Shown piece after piece: positions 9,683 to 19,956 of a stretch of 64,000 nucleotides of DNA. This stretch comes from an uncultured Verrucomicrobiae bacterium (GTDB lineage: Bacteria > Verrucomicrobiota > Verrucomicrobiia > Chthoniobacterales > JAFAMB01): NCBI GenBank assembly GCA_963731325.1, contig CAVSUL010000002.1:151421-215420 (forward strand), read 5' to 3'. Within the stretch, counting starts at the first letter, position 1. Every line of letters starts with the position of its first letter. The translations under genes and the position numbers were made by a program. The notes beneath the pieces were generated by a model. That model was given only the letters and a program-made list of their open reading frames with translations. It was not told where the DNA came from and ran no database searches.

Positions 9683-11056
9683 TTAGAGGAATTTCCCCGG
9701 GTTGAGCAGGTTTGCCGGATCGAGCGCGTCTTTGATCCGTCGATGCAATGCTTGGTTTTCCGCCGACACTGCGTTCGGCCACCAACGTTTTTTGGCTAAT
9801 CCGATACCGTGTTCGCCGGTAATCGCTCCACCCCAGGCAAGGACCTGGGCAAACAAGGCGTCGAGCGCCCGTTCCATTTTCTCGGCCACGCCGGGGCCGT
9901 CGGGGTCAGCAACCATGATATTCACGTGGATGTTGCCGTCTCCAGCATGGCCGAAGCAAGCGACCGGAAAGGTGTATTTTTTTTGCAGTCCAGAGGCAAA
10001 TTCGACCAGATCCACCAACCGACTGCGCGGCACAGTGACGTCTTCGTTGAGCTTTTTTAGCCCGGTCGCCTTCAGCGACTCAGAAAAGCCGCGCCGCAGG
10101 TCCCACAACCGCTCACAGGCGTCTTCACCGAATGCTGATTCAAGCGTCAGAGCGCCTGCCGATCGGACCAGACGAGCGAGGGCAGCCAACTCCGACTTCA
10201 CCGATTCGATCTGCCCGTCCAGATCGACAAGCAAGTGGGCTGCTCCCTCCGGTACAATCTGCCGGGACAGATGTTCCCGGGCCGCTTCCAGAGTGAACCG
10301 GTCAGCAATCTCCAAGGCAGACGGCAGATATCCCCTGGCAAGAATTAACTGCACCGCAGCGGCCGCTGCCTCGATCGTGCGAAAGCTGCCCGACAGAGAT
10401 CCTCGAGCGGGAGGCAAAGGCAGAAGCCGCAAGGTTGCTTCCGTCACCACGCCAAGCATTCCCTCAGAGCCGACAAACAACCCGACCAGATCAAATCCCG
10501 TTTTGTTCTTCAAGGTTCGCGCCCCGAGACGCACGACCGAACCGCCGATCAACACCACTTCGACACCCAGCACATAGTTCCGCGTTACGCCATATTTCAA
10601 GCAACGGGGTCCTCCGGCATTCGTGGCGATGTTACCGCCGATCGAGCTGTTCTTGAGACTGGCCGGGTCGGGCGGATAAAACAAGCCTTCTAGACGGGCG
10701 GCCTTTTGCAGGTCCCCGGTAATCACGCCGGGCTCAACCACAGCGATCCCGTCCGGCACGGAGATCTCCTTGATGCGAGTCATCCGAGCCAGGGAAAGCA
10801 CGATCCCGCCTCGCTCAGGCACACACCCCCCAACGTACCCATAGCCAGACCCTCGAGGTGTGATGGGTATCTGACGGTGGCCCGCAAACTCCAGGAGGCG
10901 AGAGACCTCGGCAGTGGAGGTTGGACTGACGACAACGTCCGGCCGATGCCGGGCGAACCACTTATCTCCACTGTTTTCCTCAAGCACCGCCGGATCAGCC
11001 GAAACGATCTCCGGACTAAAGAGAGCAATGAGATTTTGGAGGTCGCCAGAGTTCAA
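9683..11056 (-). CDS. FAD-linked oxidase, GlcD-like (glycolate/D-lactate oxidase family)
   Basis: 457 aa. The FAD-binding PCMH-type N-terminus (ITPRGSGYGYVGG) and C-terminal GEHGIGLAKK are typical of GlcD. The TTG start lies inside a decamer repeat, so the start is uncertain. Confidence 0.85.
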   Translation of the reverse strand: MNSGDLQNLIALFSPEIVSADPAVLEENSGDKWFARHRPDVVVSPTSTAEVSRLLEFAGHRQIPITPRGSGYGYVGGCVPERGGIVLSLARMTRIKEISVPDGIAVVEPGVITGDLQKAARLEGLFYPPDPASLKNSSIGGNIATNAGGPRCLKYGVTRNYVLGVEVVLIGGSVVRLGARTLKNKTGFDLVGLFVGSEGMLGVVTEATLRLLPLPPARGSLSGSFRTIEAAAAAVQLILARGYLPSALEIADRFTLEAAREHLSRQIVPEGAAHLLVDLDGQIESVKSELAALARLVRSAGALTLESAFGEDACERLWDLRRGFSESLKATGLKKLNEDVTVPRSRLVDLVEFASGLQKKYTFPVACFGHAGDGNIHVNIMVADPDGPGVAEKMERALDALFAQVLAWGGAITGEHGIGLAKKRWWPNAVSAENQALHRRIKDALDPANLLNPGKFL

Positions 11057-11090
11057 GGAAGTTCGGGGAAGTTGAAGGAAGTTCGAGGAC
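11051..11090. repeat. Period-10 tandem array (GGAAGTTC core), 4 units
   Basis: GTTCAAGGAA GTTCGGGGAA GTTGAAGGAA GTTCGAGGAC. On the gene strand this is GAACTTCC repeats ending at the glcD-like TTG start. Confidence 0.85.
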
Positions 11091-11164
11091 GACCCCAGTC
11101 AGCCAATGCGATAGCTCTTCCGCGACCCCGCTGCTGAATCCCCTCCTGCCGCTCAAGCCTCCGC

Positions 11165-11941
11165 CTACATTCCCATGATCTCGTAGCCGCCATCGACGTA
11201 AATCACTTGTCCCGTGATTGCCGCTGCGCCGTCGCTAACCAGAAAAACGCCGGTTTGCCCTAGCTCCGCCGGATCACAGCTCCGGCGCAACGGCGCTTTC
11301 TCCTGGTATTGTTTCAACATCGTCGTGAAGCCGCTGATACCGCGTGCTGCCAGCGTTTGCACCGGGCCGGCACTAATACAGTTGACCCGAATTTTCTTTG
11401 GGCCCAGGTCATAAGCCAGATAGCGGCAACTGGCTTCCAGGCTGGCTTTCGCCACACCCATCACGTTGTAGTGCGGTACGACTTTTTGGGAACCGTAGTA
11501 GGTCATCGCGACCACGCTCCCGCCGCCGGTCATCAGCGGTACCGCTTCTCTGGTGAGCGCAACCAGGGAATAAGCGCTAACTTCATGAGCGGTCAGAAAT
11601 GCTGACCGGGAAGTATTGGTGAATTCGCCTTCCAGGGCTTCTCGAGGAGCAAAAGCGACGGCGTGCAGCAAAAAATCCACTCGATCGGTATGATTGCGGA
11701 CATTCCGGAAAAAGTCGGCGATATCATCTTCGCGAGAGACATCGCAGGGGTAAATCGGGACTGCGGCGCCGAACGTACCGGCCAATTCCTCCACGTTCTC
11801 TTTCAGGCGTTCCCCCTGATAGTTGAAAATGAGCTTGGCACCCGCCGCGGCCCATGCCTGCGCAATCGCCCATGCGATACTGCGCTTGTTAGCAACACCA
11901 AAAACAATTCCGATTTTGCCCGATAGAACTTGAGCGGTCAT
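11165..11941 (-). CDS. fabI: Enoyl-ACP reductase (NADH)
   Basis: Start taken at MTAQVLSGKIGIVFGVANKRSIAWAIA (M17 of the ORF). Contains the YYGSQKVVPHYNVMGVAKASLE Tyr/Lys catalytic block. Confidence 0.9.
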   Translation of the reverse strand: MTAQVLSGKIGIVFGVANKRSIAWAIAQAWAAAGAKLIFNYQGERLKENVEELAGTFGAAVPIYPCDVSREDDIADFFRNVRNHTDRVDFLLHAVAFAPREALEGEFTNTSRSAFLTAHEVSAYSLVALTREAVPLMTGGGSVVAMTYYGSQKVVPHYNVMGVAKASLEASCRYLAYDLGPKKIRVNCISAGPVQTLAARGISGFTTMLKQYQEKAPLRRSCDPAELGQTGVFLVSDGAAAITGQVIYVDGGYEIMGM

Positions 11942-12090
11942 TGCAATAAAATGGTTCTCAGCAGTTAGTGCGAAAAAAGCCGGGCGCAAAGCGAATTATT
12001 CCGAGCGGCCGAAGAAAAGCTTTAGAGCTTGCCTCGCGACACGTTCTTTGGCTTTGGGCCGGCCGGGCTTAGCGCCTTTCTTATCGCGCA

Positions 12091-12254
12091 TTTTGGAGTG
12101 CGTGCGACTTGTCGCCGCTTTAAGACGGCGCGGAGCGGGGGAGCCAACGGACGAGCGTCTTTTCACAACCACTCCTATTTCGTGATTCTGTCCTCTTTGC
12201 GAGGCCGCGCTCCGCGCGATCCGAAAGCGGCGACAAGTCGCACGCACTCCAAAA
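12091..12254. repeat. Family-1 inverted-repeat element (164 bp)
   Basis: TTTTGGAGTGCGTGCGACTTGTCGCCGCTTTAAGACGGCGCGGAGCG ... 70 nt ... CGCTCCGCGCGATCCGAAAGCGGCGACAAGTCGCACGCACTCCAAAA. Confidence 0.9.
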
Positions 12255-12269
12255 CACGCTGGGCCCGAA

Positions 12270-12947
12270 CTATCCAGCGCGTTTGCTCGCCAGCTTTTTC
12301 TTTTCGAACCGGCCGCAGCTCGGACAAAGGTCGGCCAGTTCGCAGTGCGGACAGTCCGGTTGCCGAGCGAAACACCGTCGTCTTCCATGCCAGATGAGCC
12401 AGTGGCTGAAGTTCGTCCAATTTCGACGGGGGACGAGACGCATCAGGTCGCCTTCAATTTTCTCCGGAGCGGTCTGCCGGGTTAGCCTCAGGCGCTGCGC
12501 GAGCCGGGCAACATGCGTATCGACGACCACTCCTTCCTCGATCTGAAAAGCATTCCCTAAAACGACATTGGCGGTCTTGCGGCCGACCCCGGCTAAACTG
12601 GTCAGGTCCTTCATGGTCCGAGGAACTTCGCCGCCGAACTTGTCGACTAAATCTCTGGCCATTACGCGCAAGCTCTTTGCCTTGTTTCGAAAGAATCCGG
12701 TGCTCTTGATTGCCTCCTCCAGCTCAGTCGGATCCGCCTCGGCAAGGTTGATCGGCCGCGGATATTTCAAAAAGAGTTGGGGAGTCACGAGGTTGACGCG
12801 CACATCAGTAGTCTGGGCGGAGAGAATGGTTGCGACGAGCAGTTCGAATGGATTACTGAAGTGCAGTTCACAATGGGCGTGCGGATAAGTCGCCCGCAGC
12901 CTTTGGATCAGTGTCTCGATCCTTTGCCTGGCCGGACCCACGTTCAT
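12270..12947 (-). CDS. nth: Endonuclease III
   Basis: 225 aa. HhH motif LTSLAGVGRKTANVVL and the C-x6-C-x2-C-x5-C cluster CFARQPDCPHCELADLC. Confidence 0.9.
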   Translation of the reverse strand: MNVGPARQRIETLIQRLRATYPHAHCELHFSNPFELLVATILSAQTTDVRVNLVTPQLFLKYPRPINLAEADPTELEEAIKSTGFFRNKAKSLRVMARDLVDKFGGEVPRTMKDLTSLAGVGRKTANVVLGNAFQIEEGVVVDTHVARLAQRLRLTRQTAPEKIEGDLMRLVPRRNWTNFSHWLIWHGRRRCFARQPDCPHCELADLCPSCGRFEKKKLASKRAG

Positions 12948-13636
12948 CGCTTTTCTTTTGCCGGACCGCCGGGACCGGGGAGCGGCACCAGTTTCAGTTC
13001 GCGCAACGCCTGATCAAAATAAGAGCATTGCGCCTGAGTGTAGTACTTGCGCGCGTTGGTCAGATATTGATTTGCCTCTTCGATCTGGTTTTTTCGAAAA
13101 AGAATCGCTGCCCGCGCAAAGTAGTAAGCCGGAGTGTGACCGGGAAAGTTGATCTGCTCCGTGCCGCTGATCGCGTCGGCCTCCCGATCTTGCAAGACGT
13201 CGCACAACACAACCTTGAATTGAAGCAACTCGGAGCCGGGATCGAGTTTTTGCAGCTCGGTAAAACGGTTCCGAGCGTCATCAAAGTTTCCTTGGAGCAG
13301 AGCCAGCTCGGCGAGGTTGAATTTCGCTAGTTGAAAGTTCGCGTCCAGCTCGAGAGCCCTGTTGAATTCCTGCGCCGCTTCCTGGTATTTGCCTTGCCTG
13401 GAAAAAAGCGCTCCTCGCAGGTTGGCGACTTCCGGCTTGCCGGGAGCGATCCGGCTAGCGGCGTCCACCAACTTTTCGGCCTCAGCCAGTTTGCCGCGCA
13501 ACAACGCATCGTTGGCTCGCTGGAGCGTGGAATTCAGCGCTTTCGACTCGGCTCCCCCCACGGCTTGCACTAGCAGCCACCCGAACAATAGCGCGTACAA
13601 AAGGCGCGTTCTTGGACTTCGATCGGCGAACATCAT
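12944..13636 (-). CDS. Secreted TPR-repeat protein
   Basis: Start taken at MMFADRSPRTRLLYALLFGWLLVQAVGG (signal-like). This removes the overlap with the upstream DAHP synthase gene. TPR-like repeats (e.g. GKYQEAAQEFNRALELD). ATGA overlap with nth. Confidence 0.65.
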   Translation of the reverse strand: MMFADRSPRTRLLYALLFGWLLVQAVGGAESKALNSTLQRANDALLRGKLAEAEKLVDAASRIAPGKPEVANLRGALFSRQGKYQEAAQEFNRALELDANFQLAKFNLAELALLQGNFDDARNRFTELQKLDPGSELLQFKVVLCDVLQDREADAISGTEQINFPGHTPAYYFARAAILFRKNQIEEANQYLTNARKYYTQAQCSYFDQALRELKLVPLPGPGGPAKEKR

Positions 13637-13637
13637 T

Positions 13638-14651
13638 TCAGAGGTTGCGCCCAACCGCCAAAGCGACGTCCCGGATCCGTTCAACCAATCGGCTGAAGGA
13701 CTCCGGTAAAAGCGATTGTTCTCCGTCGCTTTTCGCCTGTTCGGGAGCGTTATGGACCTCCAGCATAATCGAATCGGCACCCGCGGCAACCGCCGCCAAA
13801 GCCATGGCCGGTATGTAATCGCGGACGCCCACCCCGTGCGTTGGATCGACCACCACGGGTAAATGGGTTTCTGACTTCAGTACGGGAACTGCATTGAGAT
13901 CCAGTGTGTTCCGCGTCATCGTCTCAAACGTCCGTATGCCGCGCTCGCACAGGAGTACATTAAAGTTTCCCTCGCTCAAAATGTATTCCGCACTCATGAG
14001 CAAATCCTTGATCGTGGCAGACATGCCGCGTTTGAGCATCACGGGCAACCGCGTTCGGCCAACTTCCCGCAGTAGAGAAAAGTTCTGCATGTTGCGCGCG
14101 CCGATCTGCAGGCAATCGGCATACTCGACGACAAGATCGAGATCCTTGGTATCCATCACCTCTGTGATGATCGGCATCCCGGTTTGTTTGCGCGCTTCAG
14201 CCAGAAGTTGCAGGCCGACTTTCCCTAATCCTTGAAAACTGTACGGAGAAGTGCGCGGTTTGAAGGCGCCTCCGCGAAGAATCTTTGCTCCGGACGCCTT
14301 CACGCTGTGGGCAATCGCGGTAATCTGTTCCTCGCTCTCGACCGAACAGGGTCCAGCCATCATGACGAGTTGCTTTGTGCCGATCGGCACTTGCCCGATG
14401 CGGACAACAGAGGGCATTCCGCGGAATTCATAAGCGACCAGTTTGTAAGGCTTCAGAACCGGCGTTACCGATTCGACTCCGGGGAAAGCGCCAAGCGGTT
14501 TTTCGCGGATTTTATCTTCCGGCCCGATCACGCCAATGACGACGCGCATTTTGCCGCGGCTGACCTCGGCCTTCAGGCCCCAGGCCTGAATTCGGGACAC
14601 AACGTGTTCGATCTGTTCCTCAGTCGCATCGGGACGAGTGATGATGATCAT
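13638..14651 (-). CDS. 3-deoxy-7-phosphoheptulonate (DAHP) synthase, type I-beta with N-terminal regulatory domain
   Basis: Start taken at [17 protein letters not shown] (M65 of the 401-aa ORF), giving 337 aa. [13 protein letters not shown] and the KDO8PS/DAHPS-like barrel are present. Confidence 0.85.
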   Translation of the reverse strand: MIIITRPDATEEQIEHVVSRIQAWGLKAEVSRGKMRVVIGVIGPEDKIREKPLGAFPGVESVTPVLKPYKLVAYEFRGMPSVVRIGQVPIGTKQLVMMAGPCSVESEEQITAIAHSVKASGAKILRGGAFKPRTSPYSFQGLGKVGLQLLAEARKQTGMPIITEVMDTKDLDLVVEYADCLQIGARNMQNFSLLREVGRTRLPVMLKRGMSATIKDLLMSAEYILSEGNFNVLLCERGIRTFETMTRNTLDLNAVPVLKSETHLPVVVDPTHGVGVRDYIPAMALAAVAAGADSIMLEVHNAPEQAKSDGEQSLLPESFSRLVERIRDVALAVGRNL

Positions 14652-14974
14652 GGCAAGGAAGTTCGGGGTGAGGATTGATCTCTCGCAACTTTTATTAATA
14701 TCCGGCGGTTTCGATGAGAATTTCACCGAACTCGGGACCGGAAATGGAGGGGTAAGTGTCTGCATGATGAGAACAAGCGGTCGACCGGAGAGCACTCGAG
14801 GGCAGTGGAAAACGAGTGGTCGGGCGCTTAGATAAAGCGCCAAAAGAAAAACCAGTAACCAAAGAACTCGCTTTTGGCAGCGACGCTGGTCAGCGAAATT
14901 CGGCTCGGTCTCATGGTCTCCAGAGATCTTTACCGCACCTGGGTCTTTTTGCCAACGGGAAAGTTGGCGGGGTC

Positions 14975-16048
14975 CTACAACCCAAGCAACTCACGCTGCC
15001 AAGCCATCAGAACCTCAGAACCGGCTCCCGGATCGCGCGCAACTCGTTCCAATGCTTGTCGGGGCGCTACGACGCCCGGATCCAACTCAAGCTCGACGGC
15101 CACCTTGTCTCGCTTGCTCTTCAGGTGTTCAAAAAGCTGATCCTGTTCAGGGGTCGAACGCAATCTTGGAGCTGGCTGCGCCTGTGGCCAAGCCGATTCC
15201 GGAAGACGCAACGCTTTCTCAATCGATTCCCGCAATCTTCTGCGTCGGCCGGAAGGTAAATGACCGGGCAGTTCTACAAAATCAGTCTCGGTTGCTCGCC
15301 GCGCAATGGCGATCAGATCCTCATTGCGCAGGATTTGAAAAGCGGGCCGATCGACCTGGCGAGCTTCGCCATCGCGCCAGAACCAGAGTTCCCGCAGCAC
15401 CGCAGACGCTTGACCTCGCAGAGCGGCGCTCCCGGGGATTTTCCAGACTTTTCCCAGATCACGCTCTCGATCCGCGGCGGCGGCCGCGACCGCCCGACCG
15501 CACGTTTCCTCAAACCACGACCAGCGCTGCCGGCTTTGCAGCAAAGCGGCTAAGCGGTCCCTCAAGTCCAGGAGATACCGCGTGTCGTTAAGCGCATATT
15601 CCATCATGGGACGAGTGAGCGGCCGCTTGGCCCAATTGGCTTTTTGCGAGGATTTCGGAAGATCAATTCCAAAGAAAAATTCCACGAGCGACGCGTACCC
15701 GACCTCTTTCAGCCCGGCGAGACGGGCCGCGTGGTACGTGTCAAAGACGTTAGCCGGAGAGAACCCAATCCCTCGCCGGAGCATCCGAAGATCATAATCG
15801 CAGCCGTGGAGGACCAACCGCTTACCCTCTAGCGCCGCGTTGAGCAGGGATAGATCGATCGCCGCGAGTGGATCGACGAGGATGTTCCGGTCAGGCAAGC
15901 CGATCTGGATGAGACAGAGCTTCTCGAAATAGCAATGGAGACTGTCACCCTCCGTGTCGAGAGCGACCGCGTTTGCCTGCGCGATGACGGCGCACCGGTC
16001 CGAGAGAGCGTCATTTGAGTCAATGAGCTCGGCCGCCTCAGTTATCAT
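14975..16048 (-). CDS. rnd: Ribonuclease D
   Basis: 357 aa. DEDD exonuclease motifs ([18 protein letters not shown]) and an HRDC-like C-terminus. 4-bp overlap with rho. Confidence 0.8.
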   Translation of the reverse strand: MITEAAELIDSNDALSDRCAVIAQANAVALDTEGDSLHCYFEKLCLIQIGLPDRNILVDPLAAIDLSLLNAALEGKRLVLHGCDYDLRMLRRGIGFSPANVFDTYHAARLAGLKEVGYASLVEFFFGIDLPKSSQKANWAKRPLTRPMMEYALNDTRYLLDLRDRLAALLQSRQRWSWFEETCGRAVAAAAADRERDLGKVWKIPGSAALRGQASAVLRELWFWRDGEARQVDRPAFQILRNEDLIAIARRATETDFVELPGHLPSGRRRRLRESIEKALRLPESAWPQAQPAPRLRSTPEQDQLFEHLKSKRDKVAVELELDPGVVAPRQALERVARDPGAGSEVLMAWQRELLGL

Positions 16049-17361
16049 TTGCGCAAGGCGGTAAGCAACAGTTCGGCATTGCTCTTAGTCGCCTTCAGGG
16101 TCTGCAGAAGCACTTCCATCGCTTCGATCGCCGGCAGCTGGGCGAGCTTCTTCCGGAGAAGGGTCACCCGCTCAAATTCTTCCGGGTGATAAAGGAGATC
16201 GTCTCGCCGGGTCGCCGACTTCAGGATATGGATCGCCGGATAGACTCTTTTTTCGACGAGCGTGCGATCCAGGTGCAGCTCCATGTTACCGGTGCCTTTG
16301 AATTCCTCGAAGATCACTTCGTCCATCCGGCTTTCGGTATCGATCAGCGCGGTGGCCAGAATTGTCAGGCTGCCTCCTTCCTCTACATTACGCGCCGCTC
16401 CGAAAAATTTCTTCGGCTTCAGCAACGCTTTTGCTTCGACTCCGCCCGACATGATTCGCCCCTTGCCTGGTTGCAGAGCGTTGTAGCCGCGCGCCAAGCG
16501 GGTAATACTATCCAGCAGGATAACGACATCTTTGCGCAATTCGACGAGCCGTTTGGCTCGTTCGCTGACCAACTCCGCCACCTGGACATGTCGGGCCGGC
16601 GATTCATCGAAGGTGGAACTGAAGATCTCGCAGTCGAGCACACTCTTCAAGTCGGTCACTTCCTCCGGCCGTTCGTTGACCAGCAGCAGAATGAGATGAA
16701 CGTCGGGAGAGTTTGCCCGAATGGCGAGCGCAATATCCTTCAGGAGAATCGTTTTCCCGGTCCGGGGCGCCGCGACAATCAAGCCTCGCTGCCCGCGGCC
16801 AAGGGGGGCAATCAAATCGACCGCCCGCGCGCTAACGCTCTTTGTCCGAAGGTTTTCCAGGAGAATTCGACGATCCGGGAAAAGGGCAGTGAGTTGATCG
16901 AACTGCTTTGGCTCCTCCCATTTCTCCAAAGGGATGCGCTCGATCGAGATGACCTGCTCCAGCGCCATGAACTTTTCCTTATCCCGCGGCGGTCGAATCA
17001 CCCCCTTCACTTTGTGCCCTGCCCGTAAACCGTATTTTTTTAGAAAAACGGCGGGTACGTAGACGTCCTCGGGGCAAGGCGTAAAGTTGTACTTTTCCCA
17101 CCGAAGAAACCCGTAACTCTCATTGGTAAGTTCCAACATGCCTTCGGCTACGAGAGCAACGTCGCGGCCGGCGTAAGCTTTGAGGAGGTCAAAAATAATC
17201 TGATGTCGCGTTCGCTCGTGCGACGTCCGGAGAGGGAACTCGGCGGCCAGCTCGAGCAGCGTCGGATGGCTAAGCTCATGGAGGGTAGCCAGCTCCAACG
17301 TGGAGCCGCCTTCGCTTAAATACATTGAACCAGGAACAGTTCCCGGTGTTCGGTCATCCAT
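16045..17361 (-). CDS. rho: Transcription termination factor Rho
   Basis: 438 aa. Rho N-terminal/CSD region plus RecA-type ATPase with P-loop [12 protein letters not shown]. The start may instead be the internal MYLSEGG. Confidence 0.9.
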   Translation of the reverse strand: MDDRTPGTVPGSMYLSEGGSTLELATLHELSHPTLLELAAEFPLRTSHERTRHQIIFDLLKAYAGRDVALVAEGMLELTNESYGFLRWEKYNFTPCPEDVYVPAVFLKKYGLRAGHKVKGVIRPPRDKEKFMALEQVISIERIPLEKWEEPKQFDQLTALFPDRRILLENLRTKSVSARAVDLIAPLGRGQRGLIVAAPRTGKTILLKDIALAIRANSPDVHLILLLVNERPEEVTDLKSVLDCEIFSSTFDESPARHVQVAELVSERAKRLVELRKDVVILLDSITRLARGYNALQPGKGRIMSGGVEAKALLKPKKFFGAARNVEEGGSLTILATALIDTESRMDEVIFEEFKGTGNMELHLDRTLVEKRVYPAIHILKSATRRDDLLYHPEEFERVTLLRKKLAQLPAIEAMEVLLQTLKATKSNAELLLTALRK

Positions 17362-17956
17362 AGCGGTCGATGATTTCCTGAGCCAGACGATTCACCTGCA
17401 GTTTCGTGGTGCTCGGCAGGCAGTCGGTCCAAACAAGGCGGTCGGCCCTGCGGATCTTAGCGTCCAGGGAGAGTTGCGAGCCAATCACCTGTTCGGCAAG
17501 TGTAATTGGCAACCCTCGCCCGGCCACGAGGCGGTGCTTTTGGGAGTTCAAACTACATGCGGTAACGATTATTAAGTCAAAACTTTGGTCAGCGCCTGTT
17601 TCATACAACAGCGGGATTTCCGCCAGGAGCAACCGTTCTTCTCGCAAATGAGCAATCCAGGCCTGTCGAATCCGTGGGTGCAGGATTTCTTCCAGCCTTT
17701 TTCGCGCTGAGGCGTCCTGGAATACCAACGCTCGCAGCCGATCCCGGGCAAGCGCACCATCAGGGTGGAAGACCTGACCTCCGAATTCCGACCTGATTTC
17801 CTCTTGTACCGCGAAATCTGAATCCGTCAATCTCCGAGCCTCAAAATCTGCGCTAAACAGGAAAACAGAGATCCGGGGCGACAAGTCCGCAGCGAGTTGT
17901 TGGGCGACGGACGATTTACCCGTCGCCACACCGCCCGTTATTCCGATTGCAGGCAT
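17354..17956 (-). CDS. coaE: Dephospho-CoA kinase
   Basis: 200 aa, P-loop IGITGGVATGKSSV. Confidence 0.85.
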   Translation of the reverse strand: MPAIGITGGVATGKSSVAQQLAADLSPRISVFLFSADFEARRLTDSDFAVQEEIRSEFGGQVFHPDGALARDRLRALVFQDASARKRLEEILHPRIRQAWIAHLREERLLLAEIPLLYETGADQSFDLIIVTACSLNSQKHRLVAGRGLPITLAEQVIGSQLSLDAKIRRADRLVWTDCLPSTTKLQVNRLAQEIIDRYG

Positions 17957-18034
17957 CGAAATTGGAAAAAAGGTCGAAAATCACCTTCAACGCCACTGTC
18001 CTCTCCAGGCGAGAGGGCGCGAACTGGATTCAAC

Positions 18035-18994
18035 TCAAATCTTCAATTTGGCTCTGAAGTACTGAATGGTTTCCCGGATCCCGTCAGCGAAGGCCACTTT
18101 GGGTTCCCAGCCAAGCAACTGGCGCGCCCGGGTGATATCCGGCTGACGGACCTTTGGGTCGTCCTCCGGGAGAGGCCGATAGACGATGTCGACATCAACG
18201 CCAACAATTTCCCGGATCCGTTCGGCAAACTGTTTGATCGTCATTTCCTGAGGATTCCCGAGATTCACCGGGGCATGGTAATCGCTCAAGGCCAAACGAA
18301 AGATGCCATCGATGAGATCCGAAACATAACAAAAGCTGCGGGTTTGATTGCCGTCACCAAAAACGGTTAATGGTTCGCGATTGAGTGCCTGGCTGATAAA
18401 AGCAGGAACGACTCGACCATCGCGCAGCCTCATCCGAGGCCCATAAGTATTGAAAATCCGGACAATCTTCGTATCCATCCGGTGGAAGCGGTGGTAGGCC
18501 ATGGTCATCGCTTCGGCAAATCGTTTTGCCTCATCGTAAACCCCTCTTGGGCCGATCGGATTCACGTTCCCCCAGTAATCTTCGTTCTGGGGATGAACCA
18601 ACGGATCTCCATACGATTCCGAGGTTGAGGCCAACAAAAAAGTCGCTCCTTTGTCTTTCGCGAGGCCGAGGGAGTTATGGGTCCCTAGCGCGCCGACTTT
18701 CAGCGTCGGTATCGGGTGTTCCAAGTAGTCAATCGGACTGGCCGGCGAAGCAAAGTGAAACACATAATCAACCGGTCCCGGAACAAACAGGTAGTCCGAC
18801 ACGTTCTGGCGGAAAAAAAGGAAATCCTGATTTGCCGCCAAGTGGCTGATATTATCGGGCGTACCGGTGATGAAATTATCGATCGCGATCACCCGGAACC
18901 CTTCGGCGAGGAGCCGATCGCAAAGATGAGAGCCCAGGAATCCTACGCCACCGGTGACGACCGCTGTCTTTTTGGATGAGTCTGATTGGAGCAT
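18035..18994 (-). CDS. UDP-glucuronate decarboxylase / NAD-dependent epimerase-dehydratase
   Basis: 319 aa. Rossmann motif [11 protein letters not shown] and YDEAKR catalytic motif; overall UXS-like. Confidence 0.85.
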   Translation of the reverse strand: MLQSDSSKKTAVVTGGVGFLGSHLCDRLLAEGFRVIAIDNFITGTPDNISHLAANQDFLFFRQNVSDYLFVPGPVDYVFHFASPASPIDYLEHPIPTLKVGALGTHNSLGLAKDKGATFLLASTSESYGDPLVHPQNEDYWGNVNPIGPRGVYDEAKRFAEAMTMAYHRFHRMDTKIVRIFNTYGPRMRLRDGRVVPAFISQALNREPLTVFGDGNQTRSFCYVSDLIDGIFRLALSDYHAPVNLGNPQEMTIKQFAERIREIVGVDVDIVYRPLPEDDPKVRQPDITRARQLLGWEPKVAFADGIRETIQYFRAKLKI

Positions 18995-19041
18995 TTAAAA
19001 TAGGACCTCGTGACAACTAGTGTAGCTCCGGAGCTTGTCGA

Positions 19042-19207
19042 GAAAATTGTCGCGCGAGGTGGCCGGAGCCCGTGCCGGTTTCGGAGCAGGTCACGTCTAG
19101 CTAAACATTCAACATTCAGCCGAAAATCCCAGCCTAAGACAAAAACCGCCAACTGAATGTTGAATGCTTAGATGTGACCCTGGTTCCGAACTTGCGCGAC
19201 AATTTCC
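19042..19207. repeat. Family-2 inverted-repeat element, copy A (166 bp)
   Basis: Inner arms GGTCACGTCTAGCTAAACATTCAACATTCAG (19089-19119) and CTGAATGTTGAATGCTTAGATGTGACC (19153-19179). Outer arms GAAAATTGTCGCGCGAG (19042-19058) and CTTGCGCGACAATTTCC (19191-19207). Confidence 0.85.
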
Positions 19208-19900
19208 TTAGTCTTCCTGCTTCGCGCCATAGGTGTGCCGGATATCCTCCGCTTGCTCGACCCAGAAAGCATCCTCCGCGATATTCGTTGCATGATCGCC
19301 GATGCGCTCGAGACAACGCGCTACAAAAATTAGATTCATGAAAGTCCGGATCCGGTCCGGCTGCGCGGCCATCCGAGTGATCAAGGTTTCGTTGGCATCC
19401 GCATTCAGCAGATCGAGTTGGCGGTCGCGTGGTTTCAATTCCAGCGCGAGATCGGGATTCCCGTCCGCATACGCCCGCATGCTATCCCGGAAAATGCCGA
19501 TCGCCTCCCGATAGAGGGGTTCGATCAGCGAAACCTCTGGGACCAACGGCTCCTGATTCAGCTTCTTCCCTCGACGCCCGATGGTCACTCCCTGGTCAGC
19601 GACCCGCTCGAGGTTTGCGCCGACCTTCATTGCGGAGATGACCTCGCGCATATCCACCGAGACGGGCTGATAACGGAGAAGCAGTTCGACCCCGTCCTGA
19701 TCAACCTGCTTTTCCAACGCGTCGACCTCCTGATCGTCCGCGATGGCGAGGTTGCACAACCCGCTGTCTCGCTCCAACACTCCCTGAATAGCGTTCTCCA
19801 GAAGCCGCTCGGTCAGACTGGACATCATCAGCACGTCGTTCTTCAAAGAGTCCAGCGCAGCATCGAACCCACTGTAGATATGCTTGCCATGTTCCGCCAT
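19208..19900 (-). CDS. phoU: Phosphate signalling regulator PhoU
   Basis: 230 aa with two PhoU repeats (e.g. ERIGDHATNIAED). No pst genes are adjacent. Confidence 0.85.
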   Translation of the reverse strand: MAEHGKHIYSGFDAALDSLKNDVLMMSSLTERLLENAIQGVLERDSGLCNLAIADDQEVDALEKQVDQDGVELLLRYQPVSVDMREVISAMKVGANLERVADQGVTIGRRGKKLNQEPLVPEVSLIEPLYREAIGIFRDSMRAYADGNPDLALELKPRDRQLDLLNADANETLITRMAAQPDRIRTFMNLIFVARCLERIGDHATNIAEDAFWVEQAEDIRHTYGAKQED

Positions 19901-19956
19901 AGATGGGCGTCAATTAAAACTAGTAACGCACGCTTTACAATAGCAGCGGAATCACG

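Noticed and set aside
11996-12420. ORFs of 81-130 aa overlapping repeat copy 12091-12254. Equivalents occur at every family-1 copy, e.g. 7301-7630, 40870-41418, 52394-52875 and 58455-59036.
   Set aside because: They are translations of the inverted-repeat arms, with the same peptides (ECARLVAAF, KAATSRTHSK, SGDKSRA) recurring in both orientations. They have no independent coding signal.
14652-14974. 323-bp untranslated spacer upstream of DAHP synthase, considered as a possible riboswitch, attenuator or T-box
   Set aside because: I could not find a T-box motif, a leader peptide rich in aromatic codons, or a terminator/antiterminator pair by eye. Only small hairpins without U-tracts are present.
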